Source: an uncultured Phycisphaerales bacterium
Lineage (GTDB): Bacteria > Planctomycetota > B15-G4 > CAYZWU01
Length of the DNA stretch: 64,000 nt
Assembly (NCBI GenBank): GCA_964464495.1
Contig: CAYXGI010000002.1
Span: forward strand, 10,558-74,557
Direction: 5' to 3'
Part shown: positions 40,167-49,732 of the stretch, in pieces
Layout: each line of letters starts with the position of its first letter
Numbering within the stretch: position 1 is the stretch's first letter
Notes under the pieces: generated by a model
Database searches by the model: none
The model's input: only the letters and a program-made list of their open reading frames with translations
What the model was told of the DNA's origin: nothing
Made by a program: the position numbers and the translations under genes

Positions 40167-40859
40167 TCACGGGGCTTTGACTTCCTCTTTCAAAACACCC
40201 TTGTCGAGGTAGAGGATCCGGTCCGCGTAGGAGGCGGCGCGCGCATCGTGGGTCACCATGACCAGGGTCTTTCCAAATTTCTGATTGAGCTCTTTCAGAA
40301 GGTCGAGAATCTCCGTCTCGCTCTCCGCATCGAGATCGCCCGTCGGCTCATCGGCGATGATCACCTTGGGATCGGTCACGATGGCGCGCGCGATGGCCAC
40401 CCGCTGTTCCTGCCCGCCCGACAACTGCCGCGGATAGTGATCGGCGCGCTCGGCGATTCCGACAGCTTTCAGTGCCGTATCGGTGTGCGTCTTGCGCTCT
40501 GCGCGCGACAGGGGCAGGAGCAAGAGGGGCAGTTCCACATTCTCCCGCGCCGTGAGAACGGGAACGAGGTTGTAGAGCTGGAAGATGTAGCCGACGGAAC
40601 GGGTCCGCCACTGAGAGAGTTCGCTGTCGCTCATGGAGGAGAGGTTCTCGCCTGCCACGGTCACCGAGCCGTTCGTCGGCGTGTCGATGCCGGCGATCAG
40701 GTTGAGAAGCGTTGTCTTTCCCGATCCCGACGGTCCCATGAGAGCAAGGAATTCGCCCTCCGCCACGTCGACGTTTACGCCCCGGAGGGGGCGGATCTCT
40801 TCGCTGCCGCGGCGGAAGACCTTTGTCAGGTTCTCAGTCCTGACCATCGTTTGAGTCAT
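40167..40859 (-). CDS. ABC transporter ATP-binding protein (MacB/LolD-type)
   Basis: [31 protein letters not shown]. Confidence 0.96.
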   Translation of the reverse strand: MTQTMVRTENLTKVFRRGSEEIRPLRGVNVDVAEGEFLALMGPSGSGKTTLLNLIAGIDTPTNGSVTVAGENLSSMSDSELSQWRTRSVGYIFQLYNLVPVLTARENVELPLLLLPLSRAERKTHTDTALKAVGIAERADHYPRQLSGGQEQRVAIARAIVTDPKVIIADEPTGDLDAESETEILDLLKELNQKFGKTLVMVTHDARAASYADRILYLDKGVLKEEVKAP

Positions 40860-41958
40860 TGTTTTTCCTCATGAAGCGGATTCGGGCGATCATTTCTGGG
40901 TAGAGGTTTTCCGAGGGGGCGTGGATCTTGACCTTGACCTGGATCGTGTTCTTCTTGAAGTCGGCCATCGGTTCGAGGCGTATCACTCGCCCCTCGTAGG
41001 CGCGGTCGAGTTCGGCATCGGTGAAGACCTCCACCGTCTGTCCCACGAAGACACCGCCGATGTTTTCCTGGCGGACGTCGACGCGCACCTGGAGATCGTT
41101 GGGATCATAGAGGCTGACGATTCGCGGATTCTGCGCCGCGATCCATGTGCCGGGCGTGACGAAACGTTCGAGGACGGCGCCGTCGAAGGGGCTCGTCACC
41201 GTCGCGTAGGAGAGCTGATTGCGCGCCAACTCGACATCGGCGAGGGATCGGTTGTAATCCGCCTCTGCGGCCTCGATGTCCTCGACGCGACTCCCCTCCT
41301 CTTTGAGAAGCAGTTCCTGCTCGAGCGCGTTGCGCCGCGCCAGCGACGTTTTGCAGGCGGCCTCGTCCCTGTCGAGATCCTCTCTGCTGACCGCACCCGA
41401 TGAAAGAAGAGACCGCGTGCGCTCGAGGATCTTCTTCTTGAGGGTCACGTCCGAGTCGAGCGCTGCCAGGTCTGCCCGGGCCTTCTCGACTTCCTGAACG
41501 CGGAAGCCCGCCTTGAGCCGCTCCATGTTGGCGCGTGCAGATCCGGCTTCCGCCTCGGCCCGCCTGAGGGCGTCGGTCAGATCCTTCTCGTAGAGCCGGG
41601 CAATGACATCGCCTTTCTTGACACGCGATCCCTCGAGCACGAGGAGCTCGTCGAGACGTCCCGGAATAAGGCTGCTCACCACCACGGGATGGTAAGAGGG
41701 GACCTCGATCCAGCCGCCCTCGGTGAACGACTCGGGTTCAGGCTCCTCCGGTTCGGGGTTGACAGGATTGTTCCCCACGGCGGCGACCGGGTCCTTTTGC
41801 ACGGTCTCCTCATTTGACAGGGGCCAGAAATCGGCAGCCAGATAGCCGACGACCAGCCCGGCCGGAAAGAGCAGGATCACGATCAAAACCGGAAAGCGCG
41901 CCTTTTTCCCGGTCGTGCCGTGGTTGATCTTGAGATCGTTGAGGTCGACTTCGCTCAT
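40834..41958 (-). CDS. Efflux membrane-fusion (periplasmic adaptor) protein
   Basis: N-terminal TM; lipoyl halves (VKKGDVIARL, VTSPFDGAV); long alpha-hairpin; start set at ATG 41958. Confidence 0.92.
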   Translation of the reverse strand: MSEVDLNDLKINHGTTGKKARFPVLIVILLFPAGLVVGYLAADFWPLSNEETVQKDPVAAVGNNPVNPEPEEPEPESFTEGGWIEVPSYHPVVVSSLIPGRLDELLVLEGSRVKKGDVIARLYEKDLTDALRRAEAEAGSARANMERLKAGFRVQEVEKARADLAALDSDVTLKKKILERTRSLLSSGAVSREDLDRDEAACKTSLARRNALEQELLLKEEGSRVEDIEAAEADYNRSLADVELARNQLSYATVTSPFDGAVLERFVTPGTWIAAQNPRIVSLYDPNDLQVRVDVRQENIGGVFVGQTVEVFTDAELDRAYEGRVIRLEPMADFKKNTIQVKVKIHAPSENLYPEMIARIRFMRKNNDSNDGQD

Positions 41959-42156
41959 GACTGTTGACTTCCTACCAAAATAGCAGGGTATTCTATTAGC
42001 CTCTAATTCTAAAAACAACTTCTATAACTTATTAACCACGTAAATATCCTGAAGCAGTCAAGCGCTTCGCCATGTGGGGTGCGCAATTGTGCTCGTCATC
42101 GCGAAAAGCTAAGGTGTTGTTACCGAGAGAAATCAGCAGCATGGAGACCATTGACA

Positions 42157-43983
42157 ATGACTCGAATTCCTGGAACCTCGAATAATACCTGTCTCGTCTC
42201 CTTGTTGGCAGTTCTTTTCCTGTCTCTTCTGATGGAGAGTCTCCCCGCGCCGGAGGAGGACGACTCTGCCCGACCTTTCTTCCACAACGTGGCAACCGAG
42301 ACCGGCGTGGCTCGACATCCCGCTCAGCGCGTCGCTTTCGTCGACCTCAACGGCGACCACTACCTCGATTGCGTGGTAGGGTGCATCTGGAAAGACAATT
42401 CAACCCATTGCTACTTGAATCGCGCGGCTGATAAGAAGGACTCTCTTCCGATTTTTTCCGATTTCACCGCGGAGTCGCGGATCGCGTGGGATGCGAAAAA
42501 AAAATCCAATCGCTCGGCGTCTGTCATGGTCTTTGCCGACGTGGACAACGACGGAGACGTTGACGCTTTCTCCGGCATCGATTGTTCAGCAGGCGCCAAA
42601 GAAAAGGGCAGCGACATTCAAACAGTCAGCGCGATCCTGCTCAACGACGGCGAGGGGCTATTCGTTCTCGGCACGAAGTCTGGTGTAGGCGAACACCCGG
42701 CAACGACCTGTGCGGCCACCTTCTTCGATGGGGACAACGATGGGCTCATCGATCTCTTCGTGGGCAACTGGTACAGGGAGTACGGGTCATCGCTCGACAG
42801 CTTTCAGGATCGGCTCTACAAGGGGATCGGCAAGGGACGATTCAAGGAGATCACCGAGAAAGCAGGTATCGAGACCGCACAAACCGCGGGGATGCGCGAA
42901 AGCTCGAAGCCGGTCTACGGCGCCGGCCACTGCGATTACAACAACGACGGTCTTCAGGATATCCTCGTCTGCGTTTACGGCAGGCAGTGGAACTTCCTCT
43001 GGAAAAACAAGGGCAAGGGCATCTTCACCGACGTTGCCGCCGCGACCGGATTTGACGGAGACACGATCACCCACGGCCGCTACCCCGAATCGATCAAGGA
43101 GTACTTCAGAACCCAGCGCGGCATCGAACGCGAAGACGAGTCGCCCTTTCGGTCGAATGGCAACACCTTCAGCGTGGCGCCCGCCGACTTCGATTGCGAC
43201 GGAGACATCGATCTCTATCTCGGCGAGATCACCCACGCCTGGGCGGGCGACTCATCGGACCGATCGAGCCTTCTCGTCAATCAGGGGGCCGAGATGGGAT
43301 TCATCTTCGAACGGCATGCCGACGCACTCAGGCGCGAACACACATCGCCCGACAAGTGGAACCAGGGCGACATGCACGTGGCATGGATCGATTTCGACAA
43401 CGATGGGCTCCAGGACCTGCTCGTCTCGTCAGGCGACTACCCCGACGGACAGTACCTCCGGCTTTTCGCGCAGCGCGACGATCACTCCTTCGAGGACATC
43501 ACCGGAGCGTGCGGATTCGACTGGGAAAGTTCATCGGCCATCTCGGTGGGCGACTTCGACCGTGACGGCGACGAGGATATCCTTGCCGGACAATCATGGA
43601 TGCGCATGCCGCCTGAGCGCCGCAAGGGGGACTATCCGGCTCCGGCTCTCTTCCGAAACGATGTGGGCAACAGGAACAACTGGATCACCATCCAGCTCAG
43701 GGGAAAGGGCAAAGGCGGCGCCAATGCGCTCGCCATCGGAGCACGGATCGTGGTCGAGGCCGGCGGCCGCGTTCAGATGCGCGAGATCCGCGGCGGCTGC
43801 GGCCACGCGGGCCAGTACGATCCTCCCGAGGCTCATTTCGGCCTCGCCAGGGCGGAGTCGATCGATCGAATCACCGTACACTGGCCAAACAGAAAGCAGA
43901 CCGTCACCACAGTGCAGAATATCGAACCAAACCGCTTGGTGCGCATCGCCGAAACCGGCAATCTGACAGAGCTCCTGCCCTGA
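42157..43983 (+). CDS. CRTAC1-like FG-GAP repeat protein with ASPIC/UnbV domain
   Basis: D.NGD/D.DNDG..D repeats; LFRND.GN.NNW..IQL.G..AIGARI.V..HFGL. Confidence 0.92.
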   Translation: MTRIPGTSNNTCLVSLLAVLFLSLLMESLPAPEEDDSARPFFHNVATETGVARHPAQRVAFVDLNGDHYLDCVVGCIWKDNSTHCYLNRAADKKDSLPIFSDFTAESRIAWDAKKKSNRSASVMVFADVDNDGDVDAFSGIDCSAGAKEKGSDIQTVSAILLNDGEGLFVLGTKSGVGEHPATTCAATFFDGDNDGLIDLFVGNWYREYGSSLDSFQDRLYKGIGKGRFKEITEKAGIETAQTAGMRESSKPVYGAGHCDYNNDGLQDILVCVYGRQWNFLWKNKGKGIFTDVAAATGFDGDTITHGRYPESIKEYFRTQRGIEREDESPFRSNGNTFSVAPADFDCDGDIDLYLGEITHAWAGDSSDRSSLLVNQGAEMGFIFERHADALRREHTSPDKWNQGDMHVAWIDFDNDGLQDLLVSSGDYPDGQYLRLFAQRDDHSFEDITGACGFDWESSSAISVGDFDRDGDEDILAGQSWMRMPPERRKGDYPAPALFRNDVGNRNNWITIQLRGKGKGGANALAIGARIVVEAGGRVQMREIRGGCGHAGQYDPPEAHFGLARAESIDRITVHWPNRKQTVTTVQNIEPNRLVRIAETGNLTELLP

Positions 43984-44142
43984 TTCGAGGCTCTCTCCAG
44001 GCCCAATTTATAGCCCTCTCGCCGGCCTTCGTGTGGTAGAATTCATCAGTTGGCACAACGTGAAAGCCTGAATCCATGACAGTACGGCAAATATCTTTTC
44101 AACCGATTATCGGTGAAACGAATTCGTAAAGGAGAATCCACG

Positions 44143-45588
44143 ATGCGGCACCTGTATTGGAAAATCATCCTGGCATTGACAGCGTTTCTTCTCTGTTCGG
44201 CCCCGGCAGGGGCGGTTTACACGTGGGAGCACACCGCATTCGTCGAAACCGCGATCCAGAGCTCAATGGGCCGTCTCATCGCCCATCCCACCGATCCGAA
44301 CACCCTCTTTCTGGCCACGTCCAACATGCCCGATATCCTGGGGGGCACTCTCGATCCGGCCGACGGTCTCTGGATGACCTCCGACCTGGGCCAGACGTGG
44401 ACAACGATCAACGACTCGGTCCTCCTCACGACCTACATCATTCTCGACATCGCCGTCTGCCAGGCGAATCCCGCTGTGATGTACGTGGCCACGATCGAGG
44501 AAGGCATCTTCAAGAGTGTCGACGGCGGTCAGAACTGGACCGACGTGAGCGGCTCTTTCCAGTACAGCGGCGAGACCTTCCCCAACACCAAGTGGGGCGT
44601 CATGGCCGTGGCAGTCGATCCGACGAACGCCGACAGGGTCTACATCAGCGTGGCCCAGATCGGCGAACTCGATGTCTTCAATCTCGCCCCGAGCCACCCC
44701 GGCTTCTTCTACAGCACGGACGGCGCCACCACGTGGCTGGAGAACAACAGCGGACTGCCTCCCCGCTACGACGATATCTGGGATGGAACGTCGCATACGT
44801 CGGTGGCCGGCAGCATCGTGGTCCTCCCCCAGAAGCCGAACCTCGTGATCCTCGGTATGGCCGACCTCGAGGTCAACACGGCGTTTTTTTTCAACAAGAC
44901 GGCCGAGACGCGCGGGAGGGTCTTCGCGAGCAACACGTCGGGTCAAGGAACCTTCTTCGAGGTCAGCGGCGGATTGCCGACTCAGATCAAGCAGAGCCCC
45001 GAGATCAGCGGCAGCCTTGCGCGGGTCTCTTCGTCGACCATGCTCCTGTCGCACACGACCGGGTCCCAGCTCGGTGTCTGGGGCTCGCACGTGAGTCTCA
45101 CCTTCGATGTCAGCCTCGACGCCACGCTCACGGTCACGCGCAACAAGGGACTCTTCTTCACGCCCAACGGCTATTGGCAGGAGAGAAACAGCGGCCTCCC
45201 CCACGTGGCGAACTGGACGGACAACACGTCGAGCACGAACAGCACGATCAAGTTTGTCGACACCTACAACATGGGCAACGTGGCCGTGGGCAAGGGTGAG
45301 TGGAACAACGTGTGCCTGTCGGGCAGCAACCGCTGCGACATGGGCGACGCCACGACGAACAATACCAAAGTCTACGCCACGGTGAACTCCGGTTTGCCGT
45401 CGTGGCTCAAATCATGGGACTCCGGCCTCGACACCTCCCCCACTTACGGGTACACCGAGGCGAACGCAACCATGATCACCTTCAATGCTGATATGTCATA
45501 CGGTTTTGCCACGGTGCGCTGGTCGGACGACGATCAGACATCGCTCTTCAAGGACGACAACGGCGTCTACAGGTTCAGGGTCTGGTAG
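44143..45588 (+). CDS. Secreted BNR/Asp-box (sialidase-like) beta-propeller protein
   Basis: Signal peptide; TSDLGQTW, SVDGGQNW and STDGATTW Asp-boxes. Confidence 0.82.
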   Translation: MRHLYWKIILALTAFLLCSAPAGAVYTWEHTAFVETAIQSSMGRLIAHPTDPNTLFLATSNMPDILGGTLDPADGLWMTSDLGQTWTTINDSVLLTTYIILDIAVCQANPAVMYVATIEEGIFKSVDGGQNWTDVSGSFQYSGETFPNTKWGVMAVAVDPTNADRVYISVAQIGELDVFNLAPSHPGFFYSTDGATTWLENNSGLPPRYDDIWDGTSHTSVAGSIVVLPQKPNLVILGMADLEVNTAFFFNKTAETRGRVFASNTSGQGTFFEVSGGLPTQIKQSPEISGSLARVSSSTMLLSHTTGSQLGVWGSHVSLTFDVSLDATLTVTRNKGLFFTPNGYWQERNSGLPHVANWTDNTSSTNSTIKFVDTYNMGNVAVGKGEWNNVCLSGSNRCDMGDATTNNTKVYATVNSGLPSWLKSWDSGLDTSPTYGYTEANATMITFNADMSYGFATVRWSDDDQTSLFKDDNGVYRFRVW

Positions 45589-45600
45589 GAGAACGCAGAT

Positions 45601-47841
45601 TCACGATCGACTGACGATCTCGTAACAGGCACCGTCGAGACAGACTACCGTCTGCGCACCGGCCGAAAGGTACCGGGCTATCTCGGGGTGCTCGGTGACC
45701 AGGTCAAAGTACTCCTCGCTGAGGAAAACGATCCGCGTGGCGGCAGTCCCTTCCCTGTAGGCGCTATCGTACCAGACATCGTCGATCTTGAAGAAGGTCT
45801 TGTCCCCGATCTGGCGGATCGTCTGCGCCACGTTGAGGGCGCGGCCCAATTCGCTGTCCGCCTCCTCGCGCGCCACGCCTGCGCGCAGCTTTTTCAGTTC
45901 CTTGCTCGTGTCGACCGCTCCCTTGCCCGTGGTTCGGCCAAAACCATCGGGAATCCGGACCAGCGCCTCTCCGGCGGCGGGGAGCTGCCTGCCGCGGTCA
46001 CTCCACTGTTGCATGGGCGATGCAGGGCCTTGAGCGAGTTTTTCGTCTTCCATGACGAGCAGAGCCGTGTAGGGGGTGACGATTCCGAATTCACTGGCCA
46101 GGGCAATGATCTCGTCGACCACCTCGCGCGCCGGGCCCGTTGGTTTCTGGCCCAGTGCGACATTGACTCCCCCAAGCCTCAGTTGGTCGAGGAGGTAGCC
46201 GATCTTGGTCGTTGCCCAGAGGCGCGGAATGGCGGCATGCTCCTTCGAAACCTCGGCAAAGGCGCACTCGTAAACGAATTCCTTGGCCACGTTGTTGACC
46301 GCGCCGCTGAGCGTGACTACCTTGCTCCCCGCTCCCTTGTAGCGGCCGTGAATCACGAGCTGCGATCCACGGAAGAGATCGGGCAGGCGGGGTGGAAAGA
46401 GATCGTAGGTCTCGATGCCGTCAATGGCGATCTTCACGTCGGCCATGACCGGCGACGCGATCTTCTCGTAGAATGCCGACACCCTGACTTCGATGTTTTC
46501 GTCGGGCGCCACGTACATGCGCTCGCCGCGGTTGTCGAGGGCGAGCTTGTCGAGAAGGTGGGTGTTCACATCGTAGCCCACGCCGAAGGCGAAGAGCCGC
46601 GTCGCCGGCCCGGCCTTGGTCCGGGCGAGAGCAGCGAGGTCCTCGGCCTTCTGGATATCACCCACGGTGGGAAGCCCGTCGGTGAGAAAAACGACCATGA
46701 AAGGTCTCGTCCCGGCAGCCGATTGATCCTGGAGCCCCAGCGCCTCCTCGAGGGCGGCCTGGATGTTGGTGCCGCCGCCGGCCTTCATGTCGGCGATGAA
46801 ACCGAGTGCTTCTTCCACGAGGTCGCTCGTGGCAGGCTGCAGATCCTGCCGGAACTTGCGCGCCCCGGTGGCGTAGGAAACGATGTTGAAACGGTCCCTG
46901 CCATTGAGGCTCTTTACGCAGAAGCGGAGCGCCGCCTTGGCTTGATCGATCTTCCAGGGCTTTTTGTCCGGCTCCTTCATGCTCCCCGACGTGTCGATCA
47001 CGAAGACCACGTCCTTGTCGACCACCTCGGCTCCCGATGCTGCCTGCTTGGGTGTGACGAAGAGGGAAAAATAACCGTCCTCGCCCCTGCGGCGAAACGA
47101 CGCGAGGGTGGCGCCTAAATCCTCGTCTGACAGGGAGTAATAAAGGATGAAATCCTTGTTCGGTGTGACGTTGCGTTTCTCGTATCCCACGATCGCCTTG
47201 TGATCGCCCTTTCGCACCACGTCGACCGCGTGAGAGGGAGAAAAGACTGTTTTGAGGGAACGCTTGCTCTCGAGTCGCACCGAGATCGCCACCTCGTCGA
47301 GCGGCTGGGAGGAGAACTTTTCCGTGGAGAGCGGATAGCGGTAAATCGACAGACCGGCGTCAGTGCTCACCGTTTCCGAGTAGGTGATCTTGACGCGCTT
47401 CTCGCCTCGCGGCTCGATGGGAAAGATCCGCATGCGGAAGAGGCGCGTTCCCATGTACTCGAGGATGGCCGGGTCTTTCATGCGGCGCACGATGTCGGTG
47501 TAGATCTTCACCGCCTCGTCGCGGGGCAGGATCTCGCCCTCCACCTCCTGGCCGTCGATCCACATGCTCATCTTCGAAATCGCGGCATCTTCAGGCAGGG
47601 GAAATATGTAAGTCCCCTCGAGCCGCATGTTGTTGGGATTGACGAAAATCTGATCGACAGTGGTCGTCGCAAAGTGGTCGCGAATCACTGTGTCCACGTG
47701 GTGGTATTTCACTGAAAGAGGAACGGGCGTGACGCCCTGCCGGGGAGGGTGGAGAACGATGAGCCCATCTCCGTGGGCCAGCGGCGCGCTCAACAGTAAA
47801 AGCAAAGAAGCCACAAAGAACGTCCGGTTTATTCTGCCCAT
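45601..47841 (-). CDS. VIT and vWA domain protein (inter-alpha-trypsin inhibitor-like), secreted
   Basis: GGAGG RBS, signal peptide; VIT motif (EGTYIFPLP); MIDAS DTSGS..GGT..LTDG. Confidence 0.92.
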   Translation of the reverse strand: MGRINRTFFVASLLLLLSAPLAHGDGLIVLHPPRQGVTPVPLSVKYHHVDTVIRDHFATTTVDQIFVNPNNMRLEGTYIFPLPEDAAISKMSMWIDGQEVEGEILPRDEAVKIYTDIVRRMKDPAILEYMGTRLFRMRIFPIEPRGEKRVKITYSETVSTDAGLSIYRYPLSTEKFSSQPLDEVAISVRLESKRSLKTVFSPSHAVDVVRKGDHKAIVGYEKRNVTPNKDFILYYSLSDEDLGATLASFRRRGEDGYFSLFVTPKQAASGAEVVDKDVVFVIDTSGSMKEPDKKPWKIDQAKAALRFCVKSLNGRDRFNIVSYATGARKFRQDLQPATSDLVEEALGFIADMKAGGGTNIQAALEEALGLQDQSAAGTRPFMVVFLTDGLPTVGDIQKAEDLAALARTKAGPATRLFAFGVGYDVNTHLLDKLALDNRGERMYVAPDENIEVRVSAFYEKIASPVMADVKIAIDGIETYDLFPPRLPDLFRGSQLVIHGRYKGAGSKVVTLSGAVNNVAKEFVYECAFAEVSKEHAAIPRLWATTKIGYLLDQLRLGGVNVALGQKPTGPAREVVDEIIALASEFGIVTPYTALLVMEDEKLAQGPASPMQQWSDRGRQLPAAGEALVRIPDGFGRTTGKGAVDTSKELKKLRAGVAREEADSELGRALNVAQTIRQIGDKTFFKIDDVWYDSAYREGTAATRIVFLSEEYFDLVTEHPEIARYLSAGAQTVVCLDGACYEIVSRS

Positions 47842-48028
47842 CCTATCGGTCCCTCCAGATGAAATTGCATTCCGCTCCGCTCGACACAACACTCCTTTTC
47901 CAATGGTCCTGTTAGATAGACTTGAATTGATAAGGTTCCTCATCCCAAAATAAAAACGTGGAAAATAGTCACGAAGGCCAACACGTGCGATCAATCGCAA
48001 AGCGCGCAATCAATCACAACGCGCGCGA

Positions 48029-48814
48029 TCAATCGCCGAAAAGATTGCCCAGTTTGCCCAGAACCGATCCCTCTCCCTTGCTGCTTCCGCCCGCGCTCGG
48101 CGCGCTGGCCAGGATCCGATCAGCCATGCGTGAAAAAGGCAGACTCTGGAGCCACACCGTGCCAGCCCCCCTCAGAGTGGCCAGAAAGAGCCCTTCGCCG
48201 CCGAAAACCATGGTCTTGAGGCTCCCGGCGCGTTCGATCGAGTATTCGATCCCGGGAGTGAAACCGACGAGGCAGCCCGTGTCGACCCTGAGCGTCTCGC
48301 CTGCCAGTTCCCGACGGATGATCGTGCCGCAGGCGTGGATGAAGCACATGCCGTCGCCGAGCAGCTTCTGGAGAATGAACCCCTCACCGCCGAAGAAACC
48401 GGCGCCGAGGCGCTTGTTGAAGGTGATCGAGATCTCGGTACCCATGGCGGCGCAGAGAAAAGCATCCTTCTGGCAGATAATCTCCTCACCGATGACGCCC
48501 ATGTCGACAGGGATGATTTTTCCCGGGTAGGGCGACGCAAACGCCACGCGGCGCTTGTCGCCCCCATCGTTGGTGAAATGGGTCATGAACAACGACTCGC
48601 CGGTGATCATGCGTTTCCCCGCGCTGAAGAGCTTGCCCATGAAACCCTCGTCAGGTTTCGAGCCGTCGCCCATGCGGGCCTGGAATGTAATGTCCTCCTC
48701 CATGTAATTCATGGCACCCGCTTCGGCGATAACTGTTTCGCCGGGATCGAGTTCCACCTCGACCATCTGCATGTCATCACCGATGATATCAAAATCAACC
48801 TTGTGGCACTTCAT
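48029..48814 (-). CDS. TIGR00266/AIM24-family protein
   Basis: [54 protein letters not shown]. Confidence 0.93.
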   Translation of the reverse strand: MKCHKVDFDIIGDDMQMVEVELDPGETVIAEAGAMNYMEEDITFQARMGDGSKPDEGFMGKLFSAGKRMITGESLFMTHFTNDGGDKRRVAFASPYPGKIIPVDMGVIGEEIICQKDAFLCAAMGTEISITFNKRLGAGFFGGEGFILQKLLGDGMCFIHACGTIIRRELAGETLRVDTGCLVGFTPGIEYSIERAGSLKTMVFGGEGLFLATLRGAGTVWLQSLPFSRMADRILASAPSAGGSSKGEGSVLGKLGNLFGD

Positions 48815-48849
48815 CGCGTCTCTCCCTTTTCGTTTCATGGTCAGGCAAC

Positions 48850-48879
48850 GAGAAAACGGCCTTCACAGGCCGTTTTCTC
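48850..48879. terminator. Hairpin terminator downstream of the DUF4242-like gene
   Basis: GAGAAAACGGCC-TTCACA-GGCCGTTTTCTC perfect 12-bp stem. Confidence 0.75.
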
Positions 48880-48923
48880 TGTTTCTCGCACCCTGCGCGT
48901 AATCGTTTGCGCCCTGCGCGAAT

Positions 48924-49178
48924 TCAGGAAACGAGGGTTTCTGCGGCGTGCTCCTCGACAGCAATGATCCTCTCGTAAGGAGTTCCCACCTTCTCGAACA
49001 GGCCCGCCAGTTCATCCTTTGACGACGCTGTCCAGCAACACATGCCGAATCCTTCTTCCCAGTTCAGGTAGGAGCGTTCGAACGTGGCACCGCTTCCCCT
49101 TGAAGCGTTGACGACGTCGGCTCATCCCTTTTTGAGTTCGGCTTCCGACATGGTCGGCATGGTGATCACAAACTTCAT
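48924..49178 (-). CDS. DUF4242-like small protein with in-frame TGA, candidate selenoprotein (U19), 84 aa; absent from the ORF track
   Basis: GGAGGTG RBS; MKFVITMPTMSEAELKKG-U-ADVVNASRGSGATFERSYLNWEEGFGMCCWTASSKDELAGLFEKVGTPYERIIAVEEHAAETLVS; TGA at 49122-49124; hairpin follows. Confidence 0.75.
49091..49107 (-). promoter_or_regulatory. Candidate bacterial SECIS for TGA 49122-49124
   Basis: Minus strand CGCTTC-AAGGG-GAAGCG: perfect 6-bp stem, loop at +21. The loop starts with A, not G. Confidence 0.55.
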
Positions 49179-49275
49179 AATGCACCTCCGATCTTGAAGA
49201 GAGTGTTACCCCGCGCGTGGCGGAGTCGTGATCCCGGCCCCAACCAGAACCTTTGAGGATCACTTGGTAAGATTA

Positions 49276-49303
49276 CTTATAGTCGGTTCAGTATAAAACT
49301 CAA
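49276..49303 (-). promoter_or_regulatory. Sigma70-like promoter TTGAGT-N16-TATAAG upstream of the DUF4242-like gene
   Basis: Near-consensus hexamers in the AT-rich gap immediately after the yjbQ stop. Confidence 0.4.
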
Positions 49304-49304
49304 G

Positions 49305-49721
49305 CTAATCTCCGATGATTTTGACGAGCACCCGTTTACGGCGCCGACCGTCGAATTCACCGTAGAAGATTCGCTCCCACGTTCCGAAATCGAGTCGCCC
49401 GCCGGTGATGGCCACGACCACATCGCGGCCCATGACGCTCCGCTTGAGATGGGCGTCGGCATTGTCCTCACCCACGTTGTGGGCATAAGACGCCACCGGC
49501 TCGTGGGGGGCGAGATGTTCGAGCCACTTTTCCAGATCCTGGTGCAAGCCGGACTCGTCGTCATTGATGAACACACTCGCCGTGATGTGCATGGCGTTGA
49601 CCAGACAGAGCCCCTCGCGCACACCGCTCTGACGGACGAGGTCTTCGACGTCATCGGTGATGTTGATGAACCCCCGGCGGGACGGCACTTCGAACCAGAG
49701 GTACTCGGTGAGTGATTTCAC
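49305..49721 (-). CDS. YjbQ/UPF0047-family protein (copy 1)
   Basis: [41 protein letters not shown]. Confidence 0.92.
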   Translation of the reverse strand: MKSLTEYLWFEVPSRRGFINITDDVEDLVRQSGVREGLCLVNAMHITASVFINDDESGLHQDLEKWLEHLAPHEPVASYAHNVGEDNADAHLKRSVMGRDVVVAITGGRLDFGTWERIFYGEFDGRRRKRVLVKIIGD

Positions 49722-49732
49722 GTCTTTCTCCT

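Noticed and set aside
44051-44067. Sigma54-like TGGCAC upstream of the BNR protein
   Set aside because: No TTGC/GC at the required -12 spacing.
48888-48920. 12-bp imperfect direct repeat GC(A/G)CCCTGCGCG, period 21
   Set aside because: Only two short GC-rich copies; no array or evident function.
48924-48926. Read-through of the final TGA of the DUF4242-like gene
   Set aside because: The downstream frame runs through a terminator hairpin and gives no protein-like sequence.
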